From assembly GCA_963662795.1 (NCBI GenBank), contig OY759746.1, forward strand, positions 2,336,001 to 2,400,000: a stretch of DNA of 64,000 bases. Direction: 5' to 3'. Under the pieces are notes generated by a model. It was given only the letters and a program-made list of their open reading frames with translations. It made no database searches and had not been told where the DNA came from. Shown here piece after piece: positions 52,001-63,690 of the stretch. A program made the translations under genes and the position numbers. Every line of letters begins with the position of its first letter. Position 1 is the stretch's first letter. Source of the stretch: Spirochaetia bacterium (lineage in GTDB: Bacteria; Spirochaetota; Spirochaetia; CADAEX01).

Positions 52001-53260
52001 GTCGCAATAATCGATAAAAATCTTTATCTGATTTCACAGGAACAGAAGGTGGAGATCAGAAACGGAGCAGAACTGCTTGTAAAAGAAGGGGATGTTGTTC
52101 CCGCTGAATCGTCAATTGCCCGGTTTGACCCGTTTTCAGAGCCGATTATTGCTGAATTTTCCGGTGTTGTAAGATATCACGATATAATTCTCGGAACTAC
52201 TCTTAAAGAGGAAATCAACGAGGATACCGGTAATATAGAAAAGAAGATAACCGAATACACGCTGGAAACACTTCAGCCCAGAATTGTTCTGGCTGACAAT
52301 GAGGGAAACGAGCTGGCGACATACTATCTTCCCGGCGGGTCATACATAAATGTTGATGACGGGCTCAGTATAAGAGCCGGAAAGATTCTTGCAAAGCTGC
52401 TTAAGGAAAGTGTCAAGACCAGAGATATTACAGGCGGTCTTCCGCGTGTTGGAGAACTCTTTGAGGCAAGAAAACCCAAGAGCATTGCGGTTCTTTCGCA
52501 GATATCGGGAAAAGTAAAGTTCGGCGGTATAATAAAGGGAAAGCGACTTATAATTATCACTGATGACAGAGGTGTTGATTTTAAACATCTTGTCCCAATG
52601 GGTAAGCATCTGCTTGTAAGAGACGGAGACCTTGTTGAGGCAGGGGAGCCTTTGAGTGAGGGTGACAACGATCCTCATGATATTCTTGATATACTGGGTG
52701 AAAATGCCCTTCAGCGGTTCCTTATGAATGAAATACAGGAAGTTTACAGGCTTCAGGGAGTTCACATTAATGACAAGCACATTGGCGTTATTGTAAGGCA
52801 GATGATGAGAAAGGTTGAGATAAGCCATGTGGGGGACACAACCTTTATCCAGGGTCATCAGGTGGATAAATACAGATTCCATGAGGAAAATGCAAAGGTA
52901 ATCAGGGAAGGGGGTGAGTCTGCGATAGCAAAACCGCTTCTTCTCGGTATCACAAGGGCCTCTCTGAATATTGATTCGTTCCTTTCTGCGGCATCATTCC
53001 AGGAAACTACCAGAGTTCTTACGAATGCTGCAATAGCAGGGAAAATTGATAACCTCCGGGGACTTAAGGAAAATATCATTATCGGGCATCTGATTCCGGC
53101 CGGAACAGGGCAGAAAATATATAAAAATATCAAGCTTTATGATGAAAGCAATGAAGATCTTGATGCTTCAATACAAACGATTCTTGAAGCGAGAAAGAAG
53201 GAAGAACTTGAAGCTGCTTCCATGCAGCCGAAACAGCATAGTCTTGACGAGCTTGACTGA
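49031..53260 (+). CDS. rpoC: RNA polymerase beta'
   Basis: NADFDGD, Zn finger, TQLTMRTFH. Confidence 0.99.
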   Translation: MREMQDFDNIMIKLASPDQIRAWSYGEVKKPETINYRTLRPEKDGLFCERIFGTTKEWECYCGKFKSIRYKGVICDRCGVEVTHFKVRRERMGHIELASPVSHIWYYRSVPSRMGLLLDLTVASLRSILYYEKYIVIDAGDTELKKHDLLSEEDYNEAVERYGMSFTAGIGAEAIRTLLETLDLDGLSAELRIKMVEKGAKSDRRLLKRIEIVENFRDSKNKPEWMILDVIPVIPPELRPMVQLEGGRFATSDLNDLYRRVINRNNRLKRLMALNAPDIIIRNEKRMLQEAVDALFDNSKKKKVVKGSANRPLKSLSDMLKGKQGRFRQNLLGKRVDYSGRSVIVVGPELSLHQCGLPAKMALELYKPFIMKKLVEKDVVYNIKKAKTLVEQETAEVWAVLDDVVREHPVLLNRAPTLHRLGIQAFEPVLVQGKAIKLHPLVCHAYNADFDGDQMAVHVPLTQAAQIECWTLMLSVNNLLNPANGSPIVFPSLDMVLGINYLTVARKGAKGEGRYFYSFEEVLMAIDARSLDYQAVCKVKIDGKYMETTPGRLIFNEAMPEEIEYINGPLTDKELKAMVAKCYKDNGAYITVKMLDSIKKLGFKYATIFGSTISMEDVVIPEEKKSLIDDANNQVTVIHNQYLQGHITQDERYNRVIEVWSKTNEDLTNVLMKTLKEDRQGFNPIYMMANSGARGSRTQLRQLAGMRGLMAKPSGDIIELPIRANFKEGLSIIEFFISTNGARKGLADTALKTADAGYLTRRLVDIAQDVVVNEEDCGTINGIVISALKDGEEIVEPLADRIQGRYTLERVKHPITGEILVDVNEEISDELAIIIEESGIEHVRIRSVLTCDSKFGVCQKCYGRNLATNKGVEIGEAVGIIAAQSIGQPGTQLTMRTFHIGGAATKASEENRVYLKYPVLIRKITGNTVELDNKDVLFTRKGFIQVSKILSKIEIKPGDKILVEEGGKVIAGNPVIKRGKEELLSNDIAYVAIIDKNLYLISQEQKVEIRNGAELLVKEGDVVPAESSIARFDPFSEPIIAEFSGVVRYHDIILGTTLKEEINEDTGNIEKKITEYTLETLQPRIVLADNEGNELATYYLPGGSYINVDDGLSIRAGKILAKLLKESVKTRDITGGLPRVGELFEARKPKSIAVLSQISGKVKFGGIIKGKRLIIITDDRGVDFKHLVPMGKHLLVRDGDLVEAGEPLSEGDNDPHDILDILGENALQRFLMNEIQEVYRLQGVHINDKHIGVIVRQMMRKVEISHVGDTTFIQGHQVDKYRFHEENAKVIREGGESAIAKPLLLGITRASLNIDSFLSAASFQETTRVLTNAAIAGKIDNLRGLKENIIIGHLIPAGTGQKIYKNIKLYDESNEDLDASIQTILEARKKEELEAASMQPKQHSLDELD

Positions 53261-53303
53261 TGCGTGAAGGCAAAAGGCTCTCGATTTGTGCTGTTCAGCG
53301 CTA

Positions 53304-53332
53304 TTGACTTTTTTGAATGGGGTTGTTAACCT
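53304..53332 (+). promoter_or_regulatory. Probable rpsL promoter
   Basis: TTGACT-17bp-TAACCT with extended TG. Confidence 0.55.
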
Positions 53333-53403
53333 TCATTCACTGAGAATATTGGCAGAGTATAAATTACTGCCAGATAAAATTTTACTAGGAGATAATTGGG
53401 TAA

Positions 53404-53778
53404 ATGCCTACAATTAATCAGTTAATCAGAAAAGGTAGAAAGCAAATACTTAAAAAGACAAAATCTCCTGCACTTGAAAGCTGTCCCCAGAAAAGGGGAG
53501 TATGTACAAGGGTTATGACGGTAACGCCAAAAAAACCTAATTCAGCGTTAAGAAAAGTAGCAAGGGTCAGATTGTCGAATGGTATTGAGGTTACCGCTTA
53601 TATTCCGGGTATTGGACACAACCTGCAGGAACACTCGGTAATACTTTTAAGAGGGGGAAGGGTAAAAGACCTTCCTGGTGTAAGATATCATATTGTAAGG
53701 GGCGCGAAAGATACCCTTGGTGTTGAAGATCGGAAAAGATCAAGATCCAAATATGGTACAAAAAAGCCGAAAGCTTGA
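53404..53778 (+). CDS. rpsL: 30S S12
   Basis: [18 protein letters not shown]. Confidence 0.99.
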   Translation: MPTINQLIRKGRKQILKKTKSPALESCPQKRGVCTRVMTVTPKKPNSALRKVARVRLSNGIEVTAYIPGIGHNLQEHSVILLRGGRVKDLPGVRYHIVRGAKDTLGVEDRKRSRSKYGTKKPKA

Positions 53779-53792
53779 CAGGGGTTTGATTT

Positions 53793-54263
53793 ATGTCTAG
53801 AAAAGGTGTAAAAGTAAGAACACTAATTGTTCCTGATCCAAAATACGGGAGCACGGCAATATCCAAGTTTATTGCACGGATGATGCTTGACGGAAAGAAG
53901 TCTGTAAGTACACGAATAATGTATGATGCGCTTGAGATGTTAAGCAGTAAGACTCAGAAAGATGCTGTTGAAGCGTTTTCAGAAGCCATGGAAAAAATTA
54001 AACCATTGGTTGAAGTAAAATCGAGAAGAGTCGGGGGGTCAACCTATCAGGTGCCTGTTGAAATCAGGGACTCGAGAAGGGATGCGCTTGCAACAAGATG
54101 GATTATAACAGCCGCCAGATCAAGAAGCGGCAGAACAATGGGTGAAAAGCTTGGTGCTGAGTTTTTTGATGCATTCAACTCAACAGGAACAGCATTCAAG
54201 AAAAAAGAAGATACGCACAGAATGGCAGAGGCCAACAAGGCATTCTCCCATTACAGATGGTAA
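53793..54263 (+). CDS. rpsG: 30S S7
   Basis: [24 protein letters not shown]. Confidence 0.99.
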   Translation: MSRKGVKVRTLIVPDPKYGSTAISKFIARMMLDGKKSVSTRIMYDALEMLSSKTQKDAVEAFSEAMEKIKPLVEVKSRRVGGSTYQVPVEIRDSRRDALATRWIITAARSRSGRTMGEKLGAEFFDAFNSTGTAFKKKEDTHRMAEANKAFSHYRW

Positions 54264-54580
54264 ATATATAATTATTCATACCCTTTTGAGAGCTTGAATA
54301 AATTATCATCTTGTGTTAATTCTATTAAATCTGTATTGTGAATTGGTTTTAGCCAAACCAATCACTCTGTGAGATACGGCGGCTGAAAGCCATATCTCGT
54401 TATAAGGGTGGTAAGGTGGTGAAACTGCTAGTCTGTTAATTTTTATAAGTTAAGGAATAGTAAGATCATCATCATTTTACCTCGAGAATGTACGGCAGCG
54501 TATTCATATGGGCAGTTGGTCCGGAATGCGTGGCCGCAGGATTATAAAATTATAAGGAATGTAATTTAAAGGAGAAACTG

Positions 54581-55765
54581 ATGGCTAAAGAAAAGTTCGA
54601 AAGGTCTAAACCTCATATCAATGTTGGTACAATTGGACATGTAGACCACGGTAAAACAACACTTACTGCTGCCATATCAATGTATTGTTCAGCAAAAAAT
54701 GGCGGAAAGATCATGAATTATGATGATATTGATAATGCACCGGAAGAAAAAGCGCGTGGTATTACAATTAACACAAGGCACATTGAATATTCATCTGACA
54801 AAAGACATTATGCACATGTAGACTGTCCGGGACATGCTGACTATATAAAAAATATGATTACGGGCGCAGCCCAGATGGATGGAGCAGTAATCCTTGTTGC
54901 TGCAGATTCAGGGCCGGAACCGCAGACCAGAGAGCACATACTTCTTGCGAGGCAGGTAGGTGTTCCCAAGCTGATTGTATTTCTTAACAAGATGGATCTT
55001 GCCGATCCTGAGCTTGTGGAACTTGTTGAGGTGGAGGTTCAGGAGCTTCTTGAGTATTACGGGTTTGATCCTAATTGTCCTATTATAAAAGGTTCTGCAT
55101 TTCAGGCTATGACCAATCCTACAGATCCTGAAGCTACAAAATGTGTTCAGGAACTGCTTGATGCGATGGACAGTTATTTCCCGATACCTGAAAGAGCTGT
55201 AGATAAACCTTACCTTATGCCGGTCGAGGATGTATTCTCAATCCAGGGCAGGGGTACGGTTGTTACAGGAAGAATTGAAAGAGGTGTTGTAAAAGTCGGC
55301 GATGAAATTGAAATAGTAGGTATCAAGGATACCAAAAAAACAGTTTGTACCGGTGTTGAGATGTTCAACAAGATTCTTGACCAGGGAGAGGCGGGTGACA
55401 ATATCGGTGCTCTTCTTAGAGGAATTGACAAGAAAGAAGTTGAAAGAGGTCAGGTTCTTGCTAAACCGGGAACAATTAAACCTCATAATAAATTCAAAGG
55501 CACAATTTATTGTCTTACAAAGGAAGAAGGCGGAAGACACAATCCGTTCTTTACAGGATACAGACCGCAGTTTTATTTCAGAACAACTGATATTACAGGT
55601 TCGGTAACTCTTCCTGCAGACAAGCAGATGGTAATGCCTGGAGATAATACAGAGCTCGATGTTGAACTTATCTATCCTATAGCTATGGATAAAGGTTTGA
55701 GATTTGCAATCAGGGAAGGGGGCAGAACAGTTGCTTCCGGCCAGGTTATAGATGTTGCTGAGTAA
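54581..55765 (+). CDS. tuf: Elongation factor Tu
   Basis: [24 protein letters not shown]. Confidence 0.99.
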   Translation: MAKEKFERSKPHINVGTIGHVDHGKTTLTAAISMYCSAKNGGKIMNYDDIDNAPEEKARGITINTRHIEYSSDKRHYAHVDCPGHADYIKNMITGAAQMDGAVILVAADSGPEPQTREHILLARQVGVPKLIVFLNKMDLADPELVELVEVEVQELLEYYGFDPNCPIIKGSAFQAMTNPTDPEATKCVQELLDAMDSYFPIPERAVDKPYLMPVEDVFSIQGRGTVVTGRIERGVVKVGDEIEIVGIKDTKKTVCTGVEMFNKILDQGEAGDNIGALLRGIDKKEVERGQVLAKPGTIKPHNKFKGTIYCLTKEEGGRHNPFFTGYRPQFYFRTTDITGSVTLPADKQMVMPGDNTELDVELIYPIAMDKGLRFAIREGGRTVASGQVIDVAE

Positions 55766-55812
55766 TGGATATGCCCTCTGCCAGGCGGGGGGCAATTTTT
55801 TCAGGAGGAGAA

Positions 55813-56121
55813 ATGGCTGAGGAACGCATCAGAGTGAGGCTTAGGGGTTTTGATATTGAATTGATTGATCAGAGTGCAAAATCGATAGTTCAGACTGTTG
55901 TGAAAGCCGGATCAAAGGTTGCAGGTCCTATACCGCTGCCTACGAAGATCAGCAAATATACAGTTCTTAAGTCGCCGTTTGTTAATAAAAAGTCAAGAGA
56001 ACAGTTTGAGATGAGAACACACAAGCGGTTGATTGATATACTTGAACCGACACCAGCAGTAATGGATGCTTTAATGAAACTTGAGCTTCCTGCCGGTGTT
56101 GATGTTGAAATAAAACAGTAA
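55813..56121 (+). CDS. rpsJ: 30S S10
   Basis: [21 protein letters not shown]; AGGAGG RBS before ATG 55813. Confidence 0.98.
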   Translation: MAEERIRVRLRGFDIELIDQSAKSIVQTVVKAGSKVAGPIPLPTKISKYTVLKSPFVNKKSREQFEMRTHKRLIDILEPTPAVMDALMKLELPAGVDVEIKQ

Positions 56122-56137
56122 GGTTTTGGGGTAAAAG

Positions 56138-56755
56138 ATGGTTGCGGTGATAGCTGAGAAAATAGGCATGACTCAGGTTTTTGATGAGAAAGGTGTGCTT
56201 ACACCTGTTACAGTTATTAAGATAGATGAGAATCTTGTGGTAGAGCAGAGAACAGCCGAAAAAAACGGCTACAACTCAGTAGTCCTTGGTTATGGTGATG
56301 TTAAAAAGAGCAGGATGCTTAAACCTGTTCTCGGACAATTCGGCGGAGACAAGGAACCCAAAAAATATCTTAAGGAAATGAGAGATTTTGAACTTGAATG
56401 CAAGGCCGGTGACAAAATTGGAATTGAAATATTCAATGATATTGACTCTGTTGATGTGATTGCTGTTTCAAAAGGTAAAGGTTTTCAGGGTGTAATGAAG
56501 CGTCATAATTTTGGCGGCGGCAGAGTAACTCACGGTTCAAAATTTCACAGGGAAGGCGGATCAACCGGACAGGCGTCATATCCTTCAAGAACGTTCAAGA
56601 ACGTTAAAATGGCTGGCCGGATGGGTGCTGACAGGGTTACGGTTCAAAACCTGAAAGTTGTAAAAGTAGATACTGAGAACAAGGTTTTATTGGTGGCGGG
56701 TTCAGTTCCCGGTGTTAATAAAGGCATTCTTACAGTACGTAAATCAATAAAATAG
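56138..56755 (+). CDS. rplC: 50S L3
   Basis: GMTQVF, KGKGFQG. Confidence 0.98.
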   Translation: MVAVIAEKIGMTQVFDEKGVLTPVTVIKIDENLVVEQRTAEKNGYNSVVLGYGDVKKSRMLKPVLGQFGGDKEPKKYLKEMRDFELECKAGDKIGIEIFNDIDSVDVIAVSKGKGFQGVMKRHNFGGGRVTHGSKFHREGGSTGQASYPSRTFKNVKMAGRMGADRVTVQNLKVVKVDTENKVLLVAGSVPGVNKGILTVRKSIK

Positions 56756-56768
56756 GCAGAGGAAACAA

Positions 56769-57407
56769 ATGGAAGCTAAGGTCTTTTCGATAAAAGGCGA
56801 AGAGATAAAAACAGTAGAACTTAAAGACTCCGTTTTTAATTGTGATATCAGTGAAGGTACAATATATTACGCGATTAATAATGAGCTGGCTAACATGAGA
56901 GTTGGCACTGCCTGTACAAAAGGCAGAAGCGAAGTCAGAGGAAGCGGTGCCAAACCGTGGAGTCAGAAAGGTACTGGACGGGCGAGATCAGGACATAAGA
57001 GAAGTCCTGTATGGGTAGGCGGCGGTGTAGTTTTTGGTCCCAAGCCAAAAGACTATGGTTTTAAGATGCCGAAAAACATGAAAAAACTTGCTTTGAAATC
57101 AATTTTAAGCCTTAAAAACAAAAATAACAATTTGAAAATTGTTGAAGATTTCACAATTGAAAGCGGTAAAACTTCCGATATAACTTCAATACTTGCCAAT
57201 CTTGTAAAACCGGAAAGGACTGTAATAGTTCTGAAGGATGATGACAGCATGATTAAAAGGGCAGGAAGAAATATCCCGTGGGTTTCTTTTCTTTCATACA
57301 ACAGACTCAGGGCTCATGATCTGTTTTACGGGAAAAACATTCTGCTTCTGGAATCAGCTGCTGAAAAGCTCAATGATTTCTACGGTGAAAAGCAAGAGGT
57401 AGTATGA
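56769..57407 (+). CDS. rplD: 50S L4
   Basis: KPWSQKGTGRAR. Confidence 0.98.
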   Translation: MEAKVFSIKGEEIKTVELKDSVFNCDISEGTIYYAINNELANMRVGTACTKGRSEVRGSGAKPWSQKGTGRARSGHKRSPVWVGGGVVFGPKPKDYGFKMPKNMKKLALKSILSLKNKNNNLKIVEDFTIESGKTSDITSILANLVKPERTVIVLKDDDSMIKRAGRNIPWVSFLSYNRLRAHDLFYGKNILLLESAAEKLNDFYGEKQEVV

Positions 57408-57709
57408 TGGATATAGAAAGAGTTTTAATAGAGCCGGTTGTAACAGAAAAAACAAACGGAATGCGGGAAGAGAAAAACATTAAATATGTTTTCAGGGTTT
57501 TACCCTCCGCAAATAAATTCCAGGTAATGGATGCAGTCAGAAAAATATTTGATGTAAAACCTGTTTCCTGCAACATTGCATGGGTTAAAAGCAAGACAAA
57601 AACTACCAGGACTAAGTCCGGTAACCGGGAAGGACAGAAGGCTGCCTGGAAAAAAGCAGTTGTAACATTATCACCGGGTGAAAAAATTAATATTTTTGAA
57701 GGTGTTTGA
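57404..57709 (+). CDS. rplW: 50S L23
   Basis: PVVTEK, WKKAVVTL. Confidence 0.97.
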   Translation: MMDIERVLIEPVVTEKTNGMREEKNIKYVFRVLPSANKFQVMDAVRKIFDVKPVSCNIAWVKSKTKTTRTKSGNREGQKAAWKKAVVTLSPGEKINIFEGV

Positions 57710-57726
57710 GGATAGGGGGCTGATAG

Positions 57727-58551
57727 GTGGGCATTAAAAAGTATAAACCCAACACGCCGGGTTTGCGAATGAAAACAACACTTGATAAAAAAGACATTAC
57801 CTGTGACAGGCCTGAAAAAAGTCTTACAGAGGGTTTTGGATTTAAGGCCGGCAGAGGCGCCGGCGGCAGAATAAGTGTTAGAAGAAAAGGCGGAGGACAT
57901 AAGCAAAAGTACCGGCTTATTGATTTTAAAAGAGATAAGTCAGGTGTGCCCGGAAAAGTAGCGCAGATTGAGTACGATCCCAACAGGAGTGCCAATATCG
58001 CGCTGATAAATTATGTCGATGGAGAGAAAAGATACATACTTGCTCCAAAAGGTTTGCTTGTTGGAGAATTCGTTCAAAGCGGAGAAGGCGCTCCCCTGAA
58101 GTCGGGAAATTCGCTTCCTCTTGAATATATACCGCTTGGAATTGAAGTACATAATCTGGAGCTTCAGCTTGGAAGGGGCGGTCAGCTTGTAAGATCTGCA
58201 GGGACCAGCGCTGTTGTAGTTGCCAAAGAGGGTGACTATGTTACGGTAAGGCTTCCTTCCGGTGAGATGCGGATGGTTTTTAATAAATGCTGTGCAACAA
58301 TAGGCATAGTGGGTAATGAAGACCACATGAACGTTTCAATAGGAAAGGCAGGCAGAACCAGATGGCTTGGTAAAAGACCCAAGGTTAGAGGTGTTGTAAT
58401 GAATCCTCATGATCATCCTCATGGAGGCGGTGAAGGAAGAACTTCCGGTGGAAGACATCCTGTAACGCCATGGGGTAAGCCGACTAAAGGGTTTAAAACA
58501 AGAAACAAGAGAAAGCTATCCAGTAAATTTATAGTAAAAAGACGAAAGTAG
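57727..58551 (+). CDS. rplB: 50S L2
   Basis: [21 protein letters not shown]. Confidence 0.99.
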   Translation: MGIKKYKPNTPGLRMKTTLDKKDITCDRPEKSLTEGFGFKAGRGAGGRISVRRKGGGHKQKYRLIDFKRDKSGVPGKVAQIEYDPNRSANIALINYVDGEKRYILAPKGLLVGEFVQSGEGAPLKSGNSLPLEYIPLGIEVHNLELQLGRGGQLVRSAGTSAVVVAKEGDYVTVRLPSGEMRMVFNKCCATIGIVGNEDHMNVSIGKAGRTRWLGKRPKVRGVVMNPHDHPHGGGEGRTSGGRHPVTPWGKPTKGFKTRNKRKLSSKFIVKRRK

Positions 58552-58560
58552 GAGATAGTT

Positions 58561-58839
58561 GTGTCTAGATCGATAAAAAAAGGACCGTTCATAGAAAAGA
58601 AACTCTATAAAAGAGTAGTTGAAATGGGGAAATCTGCAGAGAGAAAGATGATTAAATCTTATTCCAGATGTTCCACCGTCATACCTGAGATGGTTGGGTT
58701 TACTATTTCTGTATACAACGGAAAAACATGGGTACCTGTATATGTTACAGAGAACCTTGTTGGGCATAAATTAGGCGAATTTGCACCTACAAGATTTTAC
58801 AGAGGCCATTCAAGCTCTGATAAAAAAGCCAAGAAATAG
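58561..58839 (+). CDS. rpsS: 30S S19
   Basis: [18 protein letters not shown]. Confidence 0.98.
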   Translation: MSRSIKKGPFIEKKLYKRVVEMGKSAERKMIKSYSRCSTVIPEMVGFTISVYNGKTWVPVYVTENLVGHKLGEFAPTRFYRGHSSSDKKAKK

Positions 58840-58865
58840 GAATATAAGGAGATAGGTGTTTGATT

Positions 58866-59228
58866 ATGGAAGCTAAGAAAGGATATAAAGCTGTAGCCAG
58901 GTATCTGATGATTTCACCCAGAAAAGTCAGACCTGTTGCAGATTTGGTAAGAAGAAGTCCGTATCCTCAGGCTTTGGCACTGCTTGATGCCATACCTAAC
59001 AAGGGCGCGAGAATTCTTAAAAAAGTTATTCAATCAGCTGCAGCAAATGCGCTTTTTCAAAACAAAAAACTTGATGAAGAAATGCTTTATATAAAAGAAC
59101 TTCAGGTAAGCGACGGTCCCCGCCTCAAGAGGCTATGGGCAAGAGCAAGAGGAAAAAGAGACATTCTTTTGAAAAGGATGAGTCATATATCTGTTGTTGT
59201 AGATGAAATAGCAGAGATGGGGGAATAA
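58866..59228 (+). CDS. rplV: 50S L22
   Basis: ISPRKVR, SAAANA, KRMSHI. Confidence 0.97.
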   Translation: MEAKKGYKAVARYLMISPRKVRPVADLVRRSPYPQALALLDAIPNKGARILKKVIQSAAANALFQNKKLDEEMLYIKELQVSDGPRLKRLWARARGKRDILLKRMSHISVVVDEIAEMGE

Positions 59229-59232
59229 GAAG

Positions 59233-59928
59233 TTGGGACAGAAAGTTAATCCGATAGGTTTAAGGCTTGGAATCAATAAAACATGGAAGTCAAAATGGTA
59301 TGTGGATCCCAGAGAATACGCAAATACACTTCATGAAGATCTTCGCCTTAGAAAAGTTTTAAAGAATTGTCCTGAAACAAAGGGCGCTGAAATTGCGAAT
59401 GTTGAAATTGTCAGGCAGCCGCAGCGTATTACTGTAGTAATAGAAAGCTCACGGCCAGGAATACTGATCGGGACAAAAGGCGCTACAATTGAAAAAATCG
59501 GTGAAAGACTGCAGAAAGAAGCTGGAAAGAAAATACAGCTTAAAATCAAGGAACTTAAGAAACCTGAAATAAACGCGCAGATAATATCAGAGAATATTGC
59601 AAAGCAGCTTAAATCCAAAGGTTCGTTCAGGAAAGTTCTGAAAACAGCAGTAAATAATGCGATGAGAGGCGGTGCTCAGGGAATAAAAATCAGGATCGCA
59701 GGCAGGCTTGCCGGCGCTGAGATGGCAAGAGTGCAGCAGTATAAAGAAGGACGTGTACCTCTTCATACATTCAGGGCAAATATTGATTACGGTTTTTCTG
59801 AGGCATTTACAACATTCGGAGCAATTGGTGTTAAAGTTTGGGTCTTTCATGGAGAAGTTTATAAACGTGATATGAAAGATGATGCTGGTGTATTGGTTAA
59901 AAAAAGAAAGAAAACCGGTATTAATTAA
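59233..59928 (+). CDS. rpsC: 30S S3
   Basis: [19 protein letters not shown]. Confidence 0.98.
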   Translation: MGQKVNPIGLRLGINKTWKSKWYVDPREYANTLHEDLRLRKVLKNCPETKGAEIANVEIVRQPQRITVVIESSRPGILIGTKGATIEKIGERLQKEAGKKIQLKIKELKKPEINAQIISENIAKQLKSKGSFRKVLKTAVNNAMRGGAQGIKIRIAGRLAGAEMARVQQYKEGRVPLHTFRANIDYGFSEAFTTFGAIGVKVWVFHGEVYKRDMKDDAGVLVKKRKKTGIN

Positions 59929-59942
59929 GGAGTGATGTTGAG

Positions 59943-60365
59943 ATGCTTAGTCCAAAGAGAACGAAATTCAGAAAAAAGATGCGCAGCATCAAATCTCTTT
60001 TTGTTGCAGCCTCAAGAAAAAATACAATTGCATTCGGGGACTTCGGCCTTGTGGCAATTGAACCAAAATGGATAACAAACAGGCAGATTGAGGCCGCGAG
60101 AATTGCCATGACCAGAAAAATCAAAAGAGGCGGAAAGGTCTGGATCAGGATTTTCCCTGACATGCCTTTTACAAAAAAGCCTGCTGAAACAAGAATGGGA
60201 AAAGGTAAAGGTAATCCGGAATACTGGGTAGCTGTTGTAAAGTCTGGAACTGTTATGTTTGAAATGGCAGGGGTTACCAGGGAGCTTGCAGTAGAAGCAA
60301 TGGAACTTGCCGGCAGCAAACTGCCTATAAAAACAAGATTTGTTGCAAGAAGAGAGCTGGAGTAG
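59943..60365 (+). CDS. rplP: 50S L16
   Basis: [16 protein letters not shown]. Confidence 0.98.
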   Translation: MLSPKRTKFRKKMRSIKSLFVAASRKNTIAFGDFGLVAIEPKWITNRQIEAARIAMTRKIKRGGKVWIRIFPDMPFTKKPAETRMGKGKGNPEYWVAVVKSGTVMFEMAGVTRELAVEAMELAGSKLPIKTRFVARRELE

Positions 60366-60368
60366 GGT

Positions 60369-60569
60369 ATGAAGGATAATTACAGGGATTTAACGTTTGA
60401 AGAGCTTCATTCTAAACATGATGAGCTTAAAAAGAAGTATATGGATTTAAGATTTAAGGCAGTGCTGGGACATGTTGAAAATCCGCTTGAGAAAAGAACA
60501 TTAAGAAGAAATATTGCGCGGCTCAAGACATTAATTCATGAAAATGATCTTGGAATAAGAAAAGGTTAG
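60369..60569 (+). CDS. rpmC: 50S L29
   Basis: LRF...RRNIARLKT; operon position. Confidence 0.95.
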   Translation: MKDNYRDLTFEELHSKHDELKKKYMDLRFKAVLGHVENPLEKRTLRRNIARLKTLIHENDLGIRKG

Positions 60570-60578
60570 GAGATCAAA

Positions 60579-60851
60579 GTGGAAAACACCCAGGAAAATA
60601 AGATAGTCGGAAAAAAGATATACAGCGGTATTGTTGTCAGCGATAAAATGGCCAAGACAATAGTTGTTGCTATTGAAAAAAGAAAACTTCACAGATTGTA
60701 CAAGAAATATGTAATCAGTACAAAAAAGGTCAAGGCGCATGATGAAAATAATGATGCCAAAGCCGGCGATAAAGTGAAGATAATCCAGTCAAGGCCTATT
60801 AGCAGGGAAAAATGCTGGCAGCTTCTGGAAATTGTTGAAAAAGCTAAATAA
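60579..60851 (+). CDS. rpsQ: 30S S17
   Basis: [21 protein letters not shown]. Confidence 0.97.
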   Translation: MENTQENKIVGKKIYSGIVVSDKMAKTIVVAIEKRKLHRLYKKYVISTKKVKAHDENNDAKAGDKVKIIQSRPISREKCWQLLEIVEKAK

Positions 60852-60905
60852 TAATATTGATTTAGTTGGAGATGAAACTGTGAAGCTGGAAGGAGTTGAA
60901 AAGAT

Positions 60906-61274
60906 ATGATACAGATGCAGACATATCTTAATGTTGCAGACAACAGCGGTGCCAAGGTAGTGCAGTGCATTAAAGTACTTGGCGGAAGCAAAAAAAGAAG
61001 TGCAGCAATAGGTGATATAATTGTAGTTGCAGTAAAAAATGCTATTCCGAATGCGCCTGTTAAAAAAGGCGAGGTTCATAAGGCAATTATTGTCCGAACT
61101 ACAAATAAAGTTAGAAGGGCAGACGGGACATATATAAGATTCGATGACAATGCCTGTGTAATACTTGATCAGGCAATGAACCCGCGTGGAAAAAGAATAT
61201 TCGGGCCTGTCGCAAGGGAACTGAGAGATGGGAATCACATGAAGATTATATCTCTGGCTCCTGAAGTTCTTTAA
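60906..61274 (+). CDS. rplN: 50S L14
   Basis: [15 protein letters not shown]. Confidence 0.99.
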   Translation: MIQMQTYLNVADNSGAKVVQCIKVLGGSKKRSAAIGDIIVVAVKNAIPNAPVKKGEVHKAIIVRTTNKVRRADGTYIRFDDNACVILDQAMNPRGKRIFGPVARELRDGNHMKIISLAPEVL

Positions 61275-61286
61275 AGGATTTTGATT

Positions 61287-61604
61287 ATGGAAAAGGTTAA
61301 GTACAAGCTTAAAAAAGATGATCTTGTAAAAATTGTTACAGGAAAAGAAAAAGGGAAGTCCGGGAAAATTGTCAGAATTGACAGGATAAAAGGCCGGGTT
61401 ATTGTTTCAGGTCTTAACATGATAAAGAAAGCCAGAAAACCCAAAAAACAGGGAGAAAAAGGCGGCATTGTAGAGATTGAAGCACCAATTGATATTTCAA
61501 ATGTCATGATTGTTTGTAAAAAATGCGGACCGACCAGGATTGGGGTAGAGATTTCCGGTGATAATAAGGTCAGAAAATGCAAAAAATGCGGGGAAGTACT
61601 GTAA
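61287..61604 (+). CDS. rplX: 50S L24
   Basis: [20 protein letters not shown]. Confidence 0.97.
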   Translation: MEKVKYKLKKDDLVKIVTGKEKGKSGKIVRIDRIKGRVIVSGLNMIKKARKPKKQGEKGGIVEIEAPIDISNVMIVCKKCGPTRIGVEISGDNKVRKCKKCGEVL

Positions 61605-62152
61605 TGAGTAAGAAAGAGCCAAATCTTAAAACCAGATATAGCGAAATCAAAAAAGAATTATTTGATGAATTCGGTTATAAGTCAGTCATGCAGGTTCCCA
61701 GGCTGGAAAAAGTAATTGTAAGTGTAGGGTGCGGAGAAGCGTTGACAAATAAAAAACTTCTTGAAGCAGCACTGCAGGAGCTTTCTCTTATAACCGGACA
61801 GAAAGCCATAAAGACAAAAGCAAGAAAATCTATCGCTAATTTCAAACTTAGAGAAGGTTATGAAATAGGCGCTAAAGTAACACTGCGAAAAAATCAGATG
61901 TGGGAATTTCTTGAAAGGTTTATCAATGTTGCTCTTCCCCGTGTAAAAGACTTCAGGGGTGTTAACCCCAATGCCTTTGACGGTCATGGTAATTACTCTA
62001 TCGGTATAAAGGAACAGATCATATTTCCTGAGATAGATTATGATAAAATTGAAAGAGTTAGCGGGCTTAACATTGCGATTGTAACTTCGTCAAAAAGTGA
62101 TCAGGAAGCAAGAAGTTTGTTAAAAAAATTAGGAATGCCGTTCAGGAAATAG
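61604..62152 (+). CDS. rplE: 50S L5
   Basis: [21 protein letters not shown]; ATG overlapping rplX stop. Confidence 0.98.
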   Translation: MSKKEPNLKTRYSEIKKELFDEFGYKSVMQVPRLEKVIVSVGCGEALTNKKLLEAALQELSLITGQKAIKTKARKSIANFKLREGYEIGAKVTLRKNQMWEFLERFINVALPRVKDFRGVNPNAFDGHGNYSIGIKEQIIFPEIDYDKIERVSGLNIAIVTSSKSDQEARSLLKKLGMPFRK

Positions 62153-62163
62153 GGGTGCAATAA

Positions 62164-62349
62164 ATGGCTAAAAAATCGATGATTATCAAAGCACAAAGGA
62201 AACCCAAGTTCAAGACAAGAAGGGTAAACAGATGTAAGATCTGCGGAAGACCCAGAGGATATTTAAGGGATTTTCAGATGTGCAGAATTTGTTTTAGGGA
62301 ACTTGCAAGCCAGGGATTGATACCTGGAGTAACAAAATCGAGTTGGTAG
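62164..62349 (+). CDS. rpsN: 30S S14 (Zn-binding type Z)
   Basis: CKICGR...CRICFRE. Confidence 0.98.
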   Translation: MAKKSMIIKAQRKPKFKTRRVNRCKICGRPRGYLRDFQMCRICFRELASQGLIPGVTKSSW

Positions 62350-62359
62350 GGAGAAATAA

Positions 62360-62758
62360 ATGGCAGTATCAGATCCTGTTGCAGATATGCTGACAAAAAT
62401 TAGGAATGCCAGTCGGGCAGGTTTTGACAGAGTTGATATAACTCCTTCAAAACTTAAGCTGGAAATCGTTAAAGTATTGAAAAACGAAGGTTTTATCAAG
62501 AATTTTAAAAAGATCCAGCAGGACAGCAAAAATTATATCAGATTGTTTCTTAAATATGATGAATCTGAAAAACCGATAATTCATGGTATTGAAAAAATAT
62601 CCACTCCTGGAAGGAGAATTTATTCCGGTTATAAAGAAATGCCGAGAGTGAGAAACGGATATGGAACAATAGTTGTATCAACATCTTCAGGTGTTACAAC
62701 CGGTAAAAAAGCTACTGAGAAAAAAATCGGCGGCGAACTTATTTGTTCAATTTGGTAA
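62360..62758 (+). CDS. rpsH: 30S S8
   Basis: [21 protein letters not shown]. Confidence 0.98.
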   Translation: MAVSDPVADMLTKIRNASRAGFDRVDITPSKLKLEIVKVLKNEGFIKNFKKIQQDSKNYIRLFLKYDESEKPIIHGIEKISTPGRRIYSGYKEMPRVRNGYGTIVVSTSSGVTTGKKATEKKIGGELICSIW

Positions 62759-62770
62759 GGGAGTAGAAAT

Positions 62771-63310
62771 ATGTCTCGTATAGGGAAAATGCCGGTAACT
62801 GTTCCGCAGGGAGTTAAAGTAACTATAGATAACTATGTAGTAACAGTTGAAGGAAAAAAAGGAAAATTATCCAGAACTTACAGGCCTGAAGTAACCATAG
62901 TTCAGGATGGAAGTTTGATAATCGTAGATAAGAAGGAAAATACGAAGCTGGCCAGATCTTATCATGGTCTTTACAGGACTCTTATAAACAATATGGTAAC
63001 GGGAGTCACTGTAGGTTTCAGCAAAACTCTTATCGTAAGCGGGGTAGGATACAGGGCAGAAATTGCAGGTAAATCGCTTTTGCTTAATCTGGGTTATTCA
63101 TCACAGTTTGAATATCCAATTCCGGAAGGACTCTCAATAACCTGTGATGGACCTACGAAAATAACTGTATCCGGAATAGACAAGGAAAGAGTTGGTCAGA
63201 CTTGCGCCGAAATCAGATCGTTAAGAAAACCGGAACCTTACAAGGGTAAAGGTATCAAGTATGATAATGAAACGGTTAGAAGAAAAGTCGGTAAATCAGG
63301 TTCTAAATAG
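62771..63310 (+). CDS. rplF: 50S L6
   Basis: SRIGK, PEPYKGKG. Confidence 0.98.
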   Translation: MSRIGKMPVTVPQGVKVTIDNYVVTVEGKKGKLSRTYRPEVTIVQDGSLIIVDKKENTKLARSYHGLYRTLINNMVTGVTVGFSKTLIVSGVGYRAEIAGKSLLLNLGYSSQFEYPIPEGLSITCDGPTKITVSGIDKERVGQTCAEIRSLRKPEPYKGKGIKYDNETVRRKVGKSGSK

Positions 63311-63321
63311 GATAGGGTGAT

Positions 63322-63681
63322 ATGAAGAAATTGATAGAAATGCAGAAAAGAAGAATAAGGCGAAAAAGAAGCATCCGAGGAAAAATATCCGGAACCCCGG
63401 AAAGACCGAGACTTACTGTTTATAAAAGTAATTTATATATCTATGTTCAGGCAGTTGATGATCTTACGGGACAAACTATTGCTTCTGTATCAAATAAAGA
63501 AAAAGAGTTTGCCGATATAAAATCAAATATTGAAGGTGCTGGGAAGCTTGGGGAAGTTATTGCAAAGAGACTGAATGAAAAGAATATCAAAACAGTCGTA
63601 TTTGACAGAAATGGATATATTTTCCATGGAAAGGTTAAAGCTTTAGCTGACAGCGCCAGAAAAGCCGGCCTGTTATTTTAG
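63322..63681 (+). CDS. rplR: 50S L18
   Basis: RPRLTV, VVFDRNGY. Confidence 0.98.
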   Translation: MKKLIEMQKRRIRRKRSIRGKISGTPERPRLTVYKSNLYIYVQAVDDLTGQTIASVSNKEKEFADIKSNIEGAGKLGEVIAKRLNEKNIKTVVFDRNGYIFHGKVKALADSARKAGLLF

Positions 63682-63690
63682 GGGGAAGCA

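Noticed and set aside
42523-62529. Many antisense/overlapping ORFs in the ribosomal cluster (e.g. 42762-43547, 52340-52882, 55238-55795)
   Set aside because: Shadow frames of conserved genes with no motifs or RBS.
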